DNA of 63,870 bases, the filler included, from Octopus bimaculoides (taxonomy: Eukaryota), in NCBI RefSeq assembly GCF_001194135.2. It is 5 parts of 4 records of this genome, joined end to end, with 100 filler letters (N's around TTAATTAATTAA, not from the genome) between each part and the next. Parts side by side here need not be neighbours in the genome. Positions count along the whole stretch, not along the records: positions 1 to 12,943 come from NC_068999.1; 4 more parts are not named here. One strand, 5' to 3'. Shown piece by piece: positions 1 through 11,405 of this stretch. Both the position numbers and the translations under genes were made by a program. Position 1 is the stretch's first letter; every line of letters starts with the position of its first letter. The notes below the pieces were generated by a model, which did no database searches, was not told the origin of the DNA, and worked only from the letters and a program-made list of their open reading frames with translations.

Positions 1-178
1 GACACGTAAAAGCACCCACTACACTCTCTGAGTGGTTGGCGTTAGGAAGGGCATCCAGCTGTAGAAACTCTGCCAAATTAGACTGGAGCCTGGTGTTGCC
101 ATCCGGTTTCACCAGTCCTCAGTCAAATCGTCCAACCCATGCTAGCATGTAAAGCGGACGTTAAACGATGATGATGAT
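1..178 (+). mobile_element. 3' tail of the RTE-type LINE family (short truncated copy or SINE tail), ending in (GAT)n
   Basis: Reads GTGGTTGGCGTTAGGAAGGGCATCCAGCTGTAGAAAC...AACCCATGCTAGCAT..AAAGCGGACGTTAAACGATGATGATG. Near-identical copies at 15777-15935 (-) and 24617-24920 (-). The same sequence forms the 3' UTR of the LINE at 5230-7555. Confidence 0.8.
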
Positions 179-1127
179 GATATATATATTCCTCCTTTTT
201 TGTATGTATACTTGTAATAAAAATCTTTTGCCATTTAAGCAATCAGTGAAACATACATTTTTCAGTTTGAAAACGGCTACTTGAAGCTTGAAACTCATAT
301 CAGAGTAACTCACTGTAAACATTATTATTAAGATTAAAATAAAAATTATCCCCCACCCAAAAGCCATCTCTACCCATTTTTTCAAATAGATATAATACTA
401 TACCAAGAACTTTTTTTTATTATTCTACTATATATATACACAAACACACACATATATATTTTTTTGTGTGGGTGTTGTGTGTGTATGCACACAATGGGCA
501 ACTTTCATTGTCCCTCATCCAAACCTATTCAAAAGAATTTGGTTAGCCTGGAGAAATAGAAATCATCTGCCCAAAATACCGTGCAGTGGGACTGACCATG
601 AAGCCGTGTGTGTGTGTGTGTGTGTGTGCGTGCACGTGTGTGTATACACACACACACATATATATGAACATGCACACAGGCATACATATGCATACATAAA
701 TATACAAACCAATACTTATACAAACATGCATAAATATATAAATGGCACTACAATGGTTAAAACAATGTGTTCCAGCTGATTTGATCAACAGAACAGCCTA
801 CTTGTGAAATTAATGTACAAGTGGCTGAGCACTCGACAAACATGCATACCCTCAATGTAGTTCTCAGGGGAGATTCAGTGTGACATAGATTGTGACAAAA
901 CTGGCCCTCTGAATTACATGCACAACATTTTTGCCAGCTGACAGGACTGAAAAAATGCAAAATAAAGTGTCATGTTCAGAGACACAATGTGTCACCAGGA
1001 ATTAAACTCATGACCATACAATCATGAGTCAAATAACCTAACCATAAAGCTACACACCTTCACATATATCAATACACACAAACATACATTTATACACATA
1101 GACATATAGAGAGACAGACACATACAA

Positions 1128-1133
1128 ACATGC

Positions 1134-1194
<61 letters not shown>

Positions 1195-1220
1195 CATACA
1201 TACACACACACATATATATC
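1128..1220. repeat. (AT)n/(AC)n microsatellite
   Basis: Direct inspection. Confidence 0.95.
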
Positions 1221-1224
1221 ATCA

Positions 1225-1480
1225 GCATCATTGTTTAACGTCCATCTTCCATACATGGGAAGGATGGATGACCGGAGGCAGCAAGGTAGAAAAACTACTC
1301 TACACTATGGCTGGTTTGGGCAGGGATTTTACAACTGGACGCCCTTCCTAACACCAACCACTCCATGAAGTTAGTTTTGGCATGATTTTTACAGGTGGAT
1401 GCCCTTCCAAATGCCAACCATGTTACAGTGTTGACTGGATGCTTTTAACGTGGCACCAACACTGGCAGGGTAATCAAGTA
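1225..1480 (-). mobile_element. Degenerate copy or copies of the LINE 3' tail repeat
   Basis: GGATGCCCTTCCTAACACCAACCAC motif occurs twice; ATC-type tail at the left end. Confidence 0.6.
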
Positions 1481-2143
1481 ACTCAAAAGACAAGGAATTA
1501 TGAGAGGGGCAACGCAATTGAGGAGGTGAACTTGTGTCAGAGGTTGAAAGGTTAAAGTGTAACAGAGAGACAGAAGCAGTTGACTTGCCATAATAGAAGG
1601 GGTGTTAGAGGAGGTGATCCAGTATCAAATGATGAAAGGTTAGAGTGTAACAGAGAAATAGAGAGGCAAAAATAGGTGTCTTGTTATAGAGGAGGTACAT
1701 GGTTACTCAGTGAGAGAGAGGGAGAGAAAAGAGATAGAGTGCAAGAGACGTACAAGCAAGAGGCCAGAAACAAGTGTGCTGATGTAAAGGTGATAGTGGA
1801 AAAGCAGGAGAAGGAGAGAAAAAGTGACCAAAGGGAAAGAGAGAGAGAGTAGGAAACAACAAGTGTAAGAGAGAGTAGAAGAGAGATGGTGTAGTGCTAG
1901 GGAATACTCACAAGTAACAAGAATATGAGCATTGCACCTGGTTAGAAAAATAGGATGTGGGTGTTGGGGGAGGGGAGCTGCGATACAGTGAGCAGGGTAG
2001 TGAGGGCAAGAAAAGAAATTGGAAACAATCATAATTTACAAAGAGGAAATGTGAGGAAGAGAAAGATGTAGTTAGAAGAGTTGTAGTTCAGTTTCTTAGG
2101 CTAGAGTGGATGAAAAGTATGTTGTTACATGTGGGTGGGACAC

Positions 2144-3675
2144 AAGGAATCCTCTCAGAGTCTCAATGTGGTCTTAGAGCTAGTTGAAGGAATCCTCCCA
2201 GAGTCTCAATGTGGTTTTAGAGCTAACTGTAGCACTACCAACATGGTCTTCATCTCCCGCCTCCTGTTACAGAAGTGCCGAGAACAACAGCGTGATGCCT
2301 CGTTTGCCTTCATTGACCTAACTAAGGCTTTTGATACTATTAGCCACCCACTATTATGGAATGTCCTGCAGAGGTATGGATGCCCACCTAAGCTTCTTGC
2401 CAGGCTACGCCAGTTCCATGACGGCATGCAAGCATGTGTGACATTGGGTGGTGATCAGTCTGACTACTTCAACGTTCAAGTTGGTGTTAAACAAGGATGT
2501 GTCCTGACCCCTGTTCTCTTCAATGTGTTCCTTGTGGCTGTGACCTTACTATCTCGATACGACCTCAACCCTGAAGATGGCATCCCAATTCGATATCACC
2601 ACGATGGCAGTCTCTTCAACTTGAGGAGACTAAAATCACTAACAAAGACTTAGTCCACCACTCACTTAGAATTACAGTATGCTGATGCAAAGCTCTTGCC
2701 CATGAACCAGTCAGCCTTCAGCAAAACCTAGACGTTGTGTGCAACGCCTATCATCAGGCTGGACTCCAGGTCAACACCAAGGAAACAGAGATCCTTCAAC
2801 GCTCCAAAAATGGTTCACTCCGTGACTCTTTCGTTCCAAGACAACCAGTTAAAGAACACTGAAAAATTCACCTATTAGGGTAGCATCATCTCATTGACCA
2901 CAAAATTCAGAATCGCATCCGCCTTGCCTTCTCCACTTTTGGACGTCTCAAGGATAGGGTCTTCCTTAATTGTGACCTGAATCTCTCCACAAAAACCAAG
3001 GTTTATCATACTGTTGTGGTTTCCACGCTTCTGTATGCCTCAGAAACCTGGACACGTTATCGTCGTCATGTCAAACTCCTCGAATCCTTTCATATACGCT
3101 GCCTCCAGCGCATTCTTCATCTGACCTGGAAGGACAAGATCCCACATACGGAGATCCTGAGATGAGCGAAATTGACCAGCATCGAATGCATGATCCTCGA
3201 ACGTCAACTGCACTGGATGGGGCATGTTATCAGGATGCCAGAAAACTGTATACCCAAGATTGTCTATTTTGCGGAGTCAGCAGAGGGTAACCAACCGCAT
3301 GGAGGTCCAAAGAAGCGATATAAAGATTATCTCAAGAAATCCCTGAAGCTCTGCAACATCCCCTCTGGTGAACTTGAAACACTGGCCACAGACCGTACTA
3401 CCTGGAGGGGTATGGTCAAAGCTCATACGCAGCATTTTGAGGATGAGTAGACTAGACTTCGCGAAGAAAAGCGGAAACAGCTCAAGGAACGTCACCAAAA
3501 TCCTAGACAAGCTCATCTTCGTCGGAGCCCTCTTCGCTGTTCTCAGTGTAATCAGACATGTGCCTCTGGAATTGGCCTTTTCGACTACAAGAGGTCCTGC
3601 CAACGCCATCAAGACAACCCCTAAGGATCAAAGACGACATCGTCATCTGTCAAGATGGACTGCCATAAGCAAGTA
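2144..3675 (+). mobile_element. 5'-truncated RTE-clade LINE: reverse transcriptase pseudogene with C-terminal zinc finger and 3' end
   Basis: ORF pieces read GILPESQCGFRANCST, AFIDLTKAFD, GVKQGCVLTPVLFN, LQYAD, YASETW, RQLHWMGHVIRM and GGPKKRYKDYLKKSL, then CSQCNQTC; there are stops and frameshifts. Confidence 0.92.
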
Positions 3676-3699
3676 AGAGACACAACTCTTCTAACACTC

Positions 3700-5152
3700 A
3701 ATTTCGTGGACGAGTCTTCTCTAGAACCTCATATCGCCACTGTCATTTCCTCTGTGAGCCCTAACATCTTAAGGTCAGTCCTCAACACTTCATCCCAGGT
3801 CTTCCTGGATTTCCCTCCTCCACAGGCCCATCCACTTTCAGTAACAGGCACTTCTGTATACAGCTGTCTTCACTCATACCCATCACATGTCCCAACCAAC
3901 ACATTCTCCTCTCCTGCATACCACACTTAATCCCTCTTATGCCCAACTTTTCTCTCAACACAGTTGTTTTGTTGGTCATGCATTCTGATGTTGCAAATCC
4001 AACGAAGCATACTACCTTCATTCCTCTCCAGCCTACACGTCCTCTGCATTCAGAGCCCATGTCTCACTACGATGCAACATAGCTCTTCTTACACAAGCAT
4101 CATACAATCTACCTTTTGCTGCCAACAGAGGTAGTAGTTCTCTGAATTTCTTCCACCCAATTCTTATTCTAGAAACAACACTTTCAGAGCATCCACCATT
4201 ACTAATTTAGTCACCTAAATAGCAGAAACTATCTACTACCTCAAGAGAGCCTCTTGGGTGTTTGAGAGAGTTTCAGTTCCTCGTGCTAGTAGTACTTACT
4301 GTTCCTGTGCATCTGCAACACACGAAAGTGACCTTATTTGATAACCTTCCCATAATTCCACTGCATCTCTTATGCGTCCATAGCTTACACTTGGTGCAGC
4401 AAATGGAATTACATCCCACTCCTTTCCTACATACTGAACAGGACCATTTGCCAGCCGGAATGTGTCTTATCTCCTTTCTCACTAACAACAACTTTAGACT
4501 TAGCTAAGTTAACTTTAAGAACCTTTGATTCCAGGTTTTGCTTCCAAACCTGGAACTTCTCCAATTCTGCTTCAGATTCTGCAATAACAGCAAGATCATC
4601 AGCATATAGCAGTTCCTATGAGCATCCAGTTTTGAATTCCTCTGTTATAGCCTGGAGAATTATGATAAATAAGAGTGGACTAGGAACTGATCACTAGTTT
4701 ACTCCAACTTGTACCTTAAATTCATCACTGTATTCAAGGCCACTCTCACCTTACTGACAGCATTGCTGTACATGGCCTGAACCACTGTAACAAGTGACTC
4801 CTCTACTCCTAGCTTCCTTAAAGACCACCAAATAAGAGTAGGGAACCCTGTTGAAAGCTTTCTCCAGGCTGATGAAGGCTAGGTACAATGGATTGCTTTT
4901 GGCCAAATACTTATCTTGCAACAGTCTCACTATGAAGATGCATCTGTGGTACTTCTCCCAGGAACAAAACCCAACTGCATCTCATCTAGTTTAATTCTAT
5001 CCCTAAATAGTTGAGATATAACTCTCTCTGTAATTTTTATGACCTGATCCAGCAGTTTGATACCTCCGTAGTTTCTATCTAAGGCATCACCTTTACCCTT
5101 GTAGCAGCTGACTATGATACTGTTACACCAGTTTTGGGGGATGACACCTTCC
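3700..5152 (-). mobile_element. RTE-type LINE (PHD-insert family), decayed RT and C-terminus
   Basis: Minus strand reads GKWSCSVCRKGVGCNSICCTKCKLWTHKRCSG (4273-4491), LREKLGIRGIKCGMQERRMCWLGHV, and the RT N-terminal GVIP..WCNSIIVSCYKGKG. Confidence 0.88.
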
Positions 5153-5163
5153 GGAATAACCCG

Positions 5164-5206
<43 letters not shown>

Positions 5207-5229
5207 CATATGCATGTATGTGTGCATGT

Positions 5230-7555
5230 GCATCATCATCATTTAACATCCGTTGTCCATGCTTGCAAGCTGGAAGGCTGCACCAGACTCCAATCTGATA
5301 TAGCATGGTTTCTATGGCTGGATGCCCTTCCTAAAGCCAACCACTCTGAGAGTGTAATGGATGCTTTTACGTGCCACCGGCAAAGGTGCCGTTTGCATGA
5401 CACTAGTATCTGCCACAGCAGTAATTTTCCTTGGCTTGATGGGTCTTATCAGGTACAACATAATGCCAAAGGTGTCAGTCATTGCCTCTGTGATGCCCAA
5501 CACTCAAAAGGAGTTCAGCTACTTTGACTTCATGAGGCCCAGCGCTCAAAAGGTGCTTGTCAGTTACATGTCACCAGCATGAGTCACAACTATGATTTCA
5601 CTTAGCTTGACAGGTCTTCTCAAGCACAGTATATCACCAAAGGTCTCTGTCATTAGTCATTGCCTCTGTGAAGCTCAAAGTTTGAAGATCATACTTCACC
5701 ACCTCATCCCATGTCTTCCTGGGTCTACCTCTACCACAGGTTCCCTCCACAGTTAGAGATTGGCACTTCTTTACAGAGCTGTCCTCATCCATACGCATCA
5801 CATGACCNNNNNNNNNNCTTCTTTACAGAGCTGTCCTCATCCATACGCATCACATGACCATACCAGCACAGTCATTTCTCTTGCACACCACATCTGATGC
5901 CTCTAATGCCCAACTTTTCTCTCAAGATGCTTACACTCTGCCAACCATGCACATCCAGCAAAGTATACTGGCTTCATTTCTTTCAAGCCTACGTATGTCC
6001 TTGTCTGTTATAACCCATGTTTTCACTACCATGTAGCATAGCTGTTCACACACAGGCATCAAACAATCTGACTTTCACTCTGAGAGAGAGGCCCTTTGTT
6101 GCCAGCAGGGGTAGGAGCTCTCAGAACTTGGCTCAGCCTAATCTTATTCTCACAACTACACTCTTGGAGCATCTACCTCCATTACTAGCCTGGTCACCTA
6201 GATAACAGAAGCTATCTACTACCTCTCTACCTCTAGCTTGCCCCACTGGCAGTCTATTTTCTGCACATTTTCAGTGTTTATTGTACCTGTGCACCTTCCA
6301 CAAGTTAGTTTCCCTGCTAACCTTCCTCTGATGTTGCTGCACTTTTATGTCTCCAAAGTTTACACTGGGTGTATCTAATAGAGTTTCTACCTACACCTTT
6401 TCTACAGATTGAGTAGGGCCATCTACCTGAAGGGATTTGTGATTTGTCTGCCTTTTTACTTACTATGACTTTGGTTTTTGCTAGGTCATACCTGGAACTT
6501 CTCTAGTTCAGCTAGTGATTCAGCTATAAGAGCAAGGTCATCAGCATAGAGGAACTCCCAGAGGCAGCCTGTCTTGAATTCCTCTGTTATTTCCTGGAGG
6601 ACTATGATGAACAAGTGGGGGATGAGCACCGATCTTTGGTGAACCCCTACTTGTACCCTGAATTCTTTGCTGTACTCATTGCCAACCCTCGCACTTACTG
6701 ACAGCGTCCCTGTACAAGGCTTGTACGGTTTTCACCAACCACTCATCTATTCCTAGTCTCTGCATTGACCACTAGATAAGGGATCAGGGGTCTCTGTCAA
6801 AAGCTTTCTCCAAGTCAACAAAAGCCAAGTACAGAGGTTTATCTTTGGCTAGATATTTCTCCTGCAGTTGCCTTACCAGAAATATAGCATCAGTGGTGCT
6901 TCTCCCTGGCACAAAACCAAACTGCATCTCATCTAGACTAACTCTCTCCCTAATTAGTTCAGTTATGACTCTCTCTGCAATTTTCATCACCTGATCCAAC
7001 AATTTGATACTTCTTTAATTATTTCTATCTAAGGCATCACCTTTACCTTTCTAGCAGTTGACTATGGTGCTGCTACACCAGTCATTAGGTATGACTCCTT
7101 CATGAACCACCTGATTTACAATACTGGTGACTAGATCATAACCCACACTGCCAGATATATCTCAGCAGTGATTCCTGATGTATGGGGGGCTCTCCCTGCC
7201 TTCATATTCTTAATTACTTTATCTACCAGGGTACTGTCAATTTGAGTGGCTGGTCCTTCAATTGGGTCAACATTTGGCAGATTCTCCTCCTCCCATTCAT
7301 TCTCCATGTTCAGCAGTCTTTTATAATGGCATCTCCAAGCCACTTTCTTTGCAGACTCATTAAAAGCAAGTGTACCATGATCCATGCGGACACACTTCTG
7401 TCCTATGACGTCACAATTTTCTCTCACACACTGTCTTGCAATCCGAAATACTTCAGTTCTTTGGTCCTTATGACACTGAACATAGGAAAACTTCTTTTCA
7501 TATGCAATTCTCAAGTAATATCCATTCTCATATGCACATACTCCTAGACACATAG
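5230..7555 (-). mobile_element. RTE-type LINE (PHD-insert family) with intact 3' UTR and (GAT)n tail
   Basis: Reads LDEMQFGFVPGRSTTDAIFLVRQLQEKYLAKDKPLYLAFVDLEKAFD (6784-7002) and KKVAWRCHYKRLLNMENEW. Sequence runs continuously through GRPRKTWDEVVK into the tail repeat ending near 5230. Confidence 0.9.
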
Positions 7556-7928
7556 AAAGTCTGCATGTTCACTCATACTCTCTCAACATTCCAAAAACAA
7601 TGTTAGAAACACATACAGACATCTATATACCAGCAAACACACATACACACACTAACTATCCTGAATGAGCAAGCACTCTCAAAGAGAAAATAAGATTTTT
7701 AATAAGAACACAGTCAAGGTTAGCTATAGATATCTCAGCAATATAGGGACCTAGATAAAACATATTTATAAAAGACCTCATCAGATCTACAAGTACCTCA
7801 TACACAATACCATTATCCCTTCTGTTTTTCCCCACATGAGCCATTTGGTATTTGCATATTTACTCATCATTTATCCACTTCCTACAAGCCATCAATCTCT
7901 CAGTCCTTCTACTACTCTCTTATAACAC

Positions 7929-8260
7929 AGTTCTATATTTAAGAGATGAGGAATTATGTACATTATTTACATTTGATGGATATTTGTCCTCATCTTGTTT
8001 ATTGTTAACACGTTTCGGCTGAAATACCTTCCAGCCTTCATCAGGTGTCTTGGGGAAATTTTGAACCAGGGTTCTCGTTCCTAAGGTATTTTTTGATGTT
8101 ATAACAACAACAATAACAACATCGAAAAGTACCTTAGGAATGTGAACCCAGGTTCGAAATTTCCCCAAGACACCTGATGAAGGCTGGAGGGTATATCAGC
8201 CAAAACAGGTTAACAACAAACAAGATGAGGACAAATATCTGTCAAATGTAAATAATGTAC
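7929..8260. mobile_element. Palindromic repeat with hammerhead-like core in both arms (Penelope-like derivative candidate), copy 1
   Basis: Arms ~7954-8098 and ~8120-8260 are inverted copies. Minus arm reads CTGATGA-A-GGCTG..CAGCC-GAAA-CGTGTT (8044-8007). A second copy is at 30517-30870. Confidence 0.75.
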
Positions 8261-9353
8261 TATCTTATACTTATCTACTTTGACCACACTCTTACTTTTC
8301 TCTCATATACATCCTGGTTCTTCCTTCATCACTGCTCCCTTCTGTTCAGCTCCTCAATTACATAGCCCTGAGAGAACAAATGTAGAGTGACAAGGACTCT
8401 CTTATCTTACACAGTACAAACAAGTCCCATTTGTGTTGTTGCCACTATAATTTCACCTGATATTTTGCAAAGTTAGTTGATGACTGAATGGAAATATGAG
8501 GTTGAGGAAACCTTTTAGTTTTATCAAGGTCATAGTAAATCATCTCTAGTGCTGGTGTCAACATAAAATGCACTCACTACATTCAGTTAAGTGTGGGGGG
8601 CCAAGAGAATCCTTTAACGTTGTTGAAGACATGACAGCCTTTCTCATGCTGGTGCCATAGTAAAATGTACTCAGTACACTCAATAAAGAACATTCACCTA
8701 CAGAAACCAAACCAAAAAATAAAATCTATGAGAGAGATGTAGTCTTCTGATTAGGACAGCAACAACAACCCATCAAACCCATGCCAAAAAGCAGGTGTAG
8801 AATGATGATGATGATATTTGGGAACACTTATTTTCTTCATACATCATCTAGCTTGAAAAACAGCACAACTGACAAATTTCTTTTCCTCACTTATAAACAT
8901 CATCTTTTACCAGAGAATTGTTTTTATGTAAGTTTTCTACAAAGCAATGTGTTTAACTTTGGGAGATACTTCACACCAATTTTGTGAACCAAAATGAGAA
9001 ATGAAAACACATTTGGTTTTGTGGTTTTTCAATTCTTTAAAACCCAAGTTTAGTGACAACATATCTAACCACTGAATTATTATAATTTCAATCTTCTTTG
9101 AGGTTTTGTCAGGTTTGTTGTAGCCTGAACATTATTCTTACAACAAAATTATAAGCAACTTCTTACAGAAATTCCATGTAATTAAAGATTACAATATCAC
9201 AAGATTAAACGTCTACATATGTAAAATTTATAGAATTACAAGGTTCTTTTTAGAAGTTATATCCTCTTATTTTTAACTAGAATTAGGTGCACATTCAAAT
9301 TTAACTAATATATTTGAAATCAAAAAGTACATTTGATTTAATCAAATACTCAC

Positions 9354-9522
9354 CTGACACATCCTGCGAAGATTTGGCAATTTCCAACAGTTGTTGGTCA
9401 ACATTGAGGAACTCTTCTGTTAGGAGCTCTGTCATTGAAGAAGAGTTTTCATCTTTGGGCATTTTCAACAAGCGTATCATAAGGTTCTTAAACAACACTT
9501 TTTCTGCAAAATCAGCAGCAAA
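9354..9522 (-). CDS. PPM1L: Internal exon (169 nt, phase 0 to phase 1) of a PP2C-family phosphatase, PPM1L/PP2C-epsilon-like
   Basis: Acceptor TTATTTGTTTATAG, donor CAG|GTGAGT. Translation FAADFAEKVLFKNLMIRLLKMPKDENSSSMTELLTEEFLNVDQQLLEIAKSSQDVS(G) matches the PP2C segment between DGHGG and (S/A)GTT, recognised from memory of PPM1L orthologues. Confidence 0.75.
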
Positions 9523-9871
9523 CTATAAACAAATAATAAAAACTATAACAAAAATCTTGTTTATATGTAAAACTATATGTAAGTTTAGTAAATTGGCTCA
9601 CATATTTCTTAAAGTTATTTATTCATTTGCTACTGTTATAATTTCCACAATTATTTCTGATTTTGGCATTTATTGTTTCAAAATATGAAAGACCAATTTT
9701 CTAATCCATTTAACCCAGGAACTTAAATTTGTTTAATTAAAGAAATTCAAATACTGGACAAACCAAAACTAGTTTTTATGGAATAAAACAGATAAATGGC
9801 TATCAATAAGAGAAAAAGAGTCCTAGGGATAGTGATGGAAATGGGAAAATATGTAAAGGTACAATGTACAC

Positions 9872-10282
9872 AGGCGTAGGAGTGGCTATAGGCATAGGAG
9901 TGGCTGTGTGGTAAATAGCTTGCTTACTAACCACATGCTTCCAGGTTCAGTCCCACTGCGTGGCACCTTGGGCAAGTGTCTTCTAATATAGCCTCCGGCC
10001 GACCAAAGCCTTGTGAGTGGATTTGGTAGATGGAAACTGAAAGAAGCCCGTCGTATATATGTATGTATGTGTATATGTTTGTGTGTCTGTGTTTGTCCAC
10101 CCAATATCGCTTGACAACCGATGCTGGTGTGTTTACGTCCCCGTAACTTAGCGGTTCGGCAAAAGAGACCGAGAGAATAAGTACTAAGCTTACAAAGAAT
10201 AAGTCCTGGGGTCGATTTGCTTGACTAAAGGCGGTGCTCCAGCATGGCCGCAGTCAAATGACTGAAACAAGTAAAAGAGTAT
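9872..10282 (+). mobile_element. tRNA-derived SINE (family 1), near full length
   Basis: A-box-like TGGCTGTGTGG, B-box-like GGTTCAGTCC, CCTTGGGCAAGTG core, internal (TA/TG)n, 3' end GCTCCAGCATGGCCGCAGTCAAATGACTGAAACAAGTAAAAGAG. The 5' 18 bp are tandemly duplicated (9872-9907). Related copies at 21800-22080, 54840-55025 and 61174-61335. Confidence 0.85.
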
Positions 10283-10294
10283 ACTTTGCTTTGT

Positions 10295-10985
10295 GCTCTT
10301 GCTTGATGAGGCTGGAATCATCCCAGGTTAGTGGTCCCAGAGACATCACCATGCGTAGAGCTGACCAGGTCCACCAGTGCTCACTCTAGCTGGCAGTCCT
10401 GTGCCAGCCCCTCTGCATCCTCCAAGGTGACACTGAACCTCTGGAGATCTTCCTTAATCATGTCCAGCTATCTGGTGCAGGGCCTGTCATAAAGTCTCTT
10501 CCTGCCTGCAGCTGCTGTGTCAAGTGAGAGTAAAGCCATGGTAGGATGATCTAACAGGAAATGGAGGAGATGTTCGTACTTGGGAGTTCCGTAAAGATTG
10601 CCACCTTTACACTGCTTTCATTTGATCTCAAAGAAGCTTTCAACATGGTCAACCACACATCCTTCTGGTAAATTCTCAAGCTCATCAGTATGCTTCCCAA
10701 GATCTCCACCCTGTTCCAGCAGCTCGATAGCAATGCCAAGAGCTGTGTGCAAGAGAATGGGAAAGACTCTGACTAGTTTCCCATGAACAGCGGGGTCAGA
10801 CAAAGTTGTGTGGCAGCCCCCAACCTCTTCAACTGTACCATTGATTATCTGATAACCAAGGTTTGTGAGTAAGTCCCTGGCATTACCTTCAGGAAGTACC
10901 ACTTTACTGACCTGGAGTATGTGAAGGATACCACCCTATTCAGCAACTCAATCAACCAGCTCAGGGACACACTGACAATGAATAC
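10295..10985. mobile_element. RTE LINE fragment with 5' inversion (3' end on -, RT segment on +)
   Basis: Minus ~10295-10552 gives the GRP..WLDMIKEDLQRF C-terminus plus a CAAG tail. Plus ~10553-10985 gives AFI-DLKEAFNMV, SGVRQSCVAAPNLFN and DLEYVKD. Confidence 0.75.
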
Positions 10986-11225
10986 CTGCTTTTCAATCAC
11001 CTGGCCTTTTGTAAGTTCAATGTCTACTAATAAAGACTTTTATTATTAGCCATGATTTTTTTTTAATTTCTTTTCCTTTTTTTTCTTTCATCATAACATA
11101 CAATATTGGCTATACAAAGTGTTAAGATATATACTACAATACATTACATCAGAGAAACAGAACAATGTTAACATAACTTCACATGTTTCTATTAATAAAA
11201 ATGTACACGCTCATTTAGTGTCTAC

Positions 11226-11405
11226 ATGGATGATGTTGCACTTGCATTTAATGATTCTGCAAAGAAAGAGGCTTGGAAATGCCATTATGCAAGACTGATG
11301 AATGTAAAGAATGAATGGCAAGAAGAGAGTCTGCCAAATGTTGACCCAACTGAGAGGCCAGTTATCCAAATCGACAGCAACTTGGTAGATAGAGCAATTA
11401 AGGAT
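11226..11405 (+). mobile_element. Short internal fragment of the PHD-insert RTE LINE
   Basis: Reads AKKEAWKCHYARLMNVKNEWQEESLPNVDP, homologous to 7131-7553 (-). Confidence 0.8.

Noticed and set aside
257-312. 56-nt AG/GT-bounded minus-strand segment (TTTACAG|...|GTATGT), within the 161-385 ORF, as the next PPM1L exon
   Set aside because: The translation (V)SYSDMSFKLQVAVFKLKN lacks the expected GTT..VANVGDSR PP2C sequence. Splice-like sites are common by chance in AT-rich DNA.
2071-3695. 14-bp inverted match GTTAGAAGAGTTGT / ACAACTCTTCTAAC bracketing the RTE copy
   Set aside because: Not at the exact element ends, and in repeat-derived purine-rich context; could be chance.
5766-5859. 42-bp direct repeat flanking a 10-N gap
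   Set aside because: Typical unmerged contig overlap; assembly artefact.
9314-9688. 124-aa plus-strand ORF
   Set aside because: Antisense shadow of the PP2C exon plus intron sequence.
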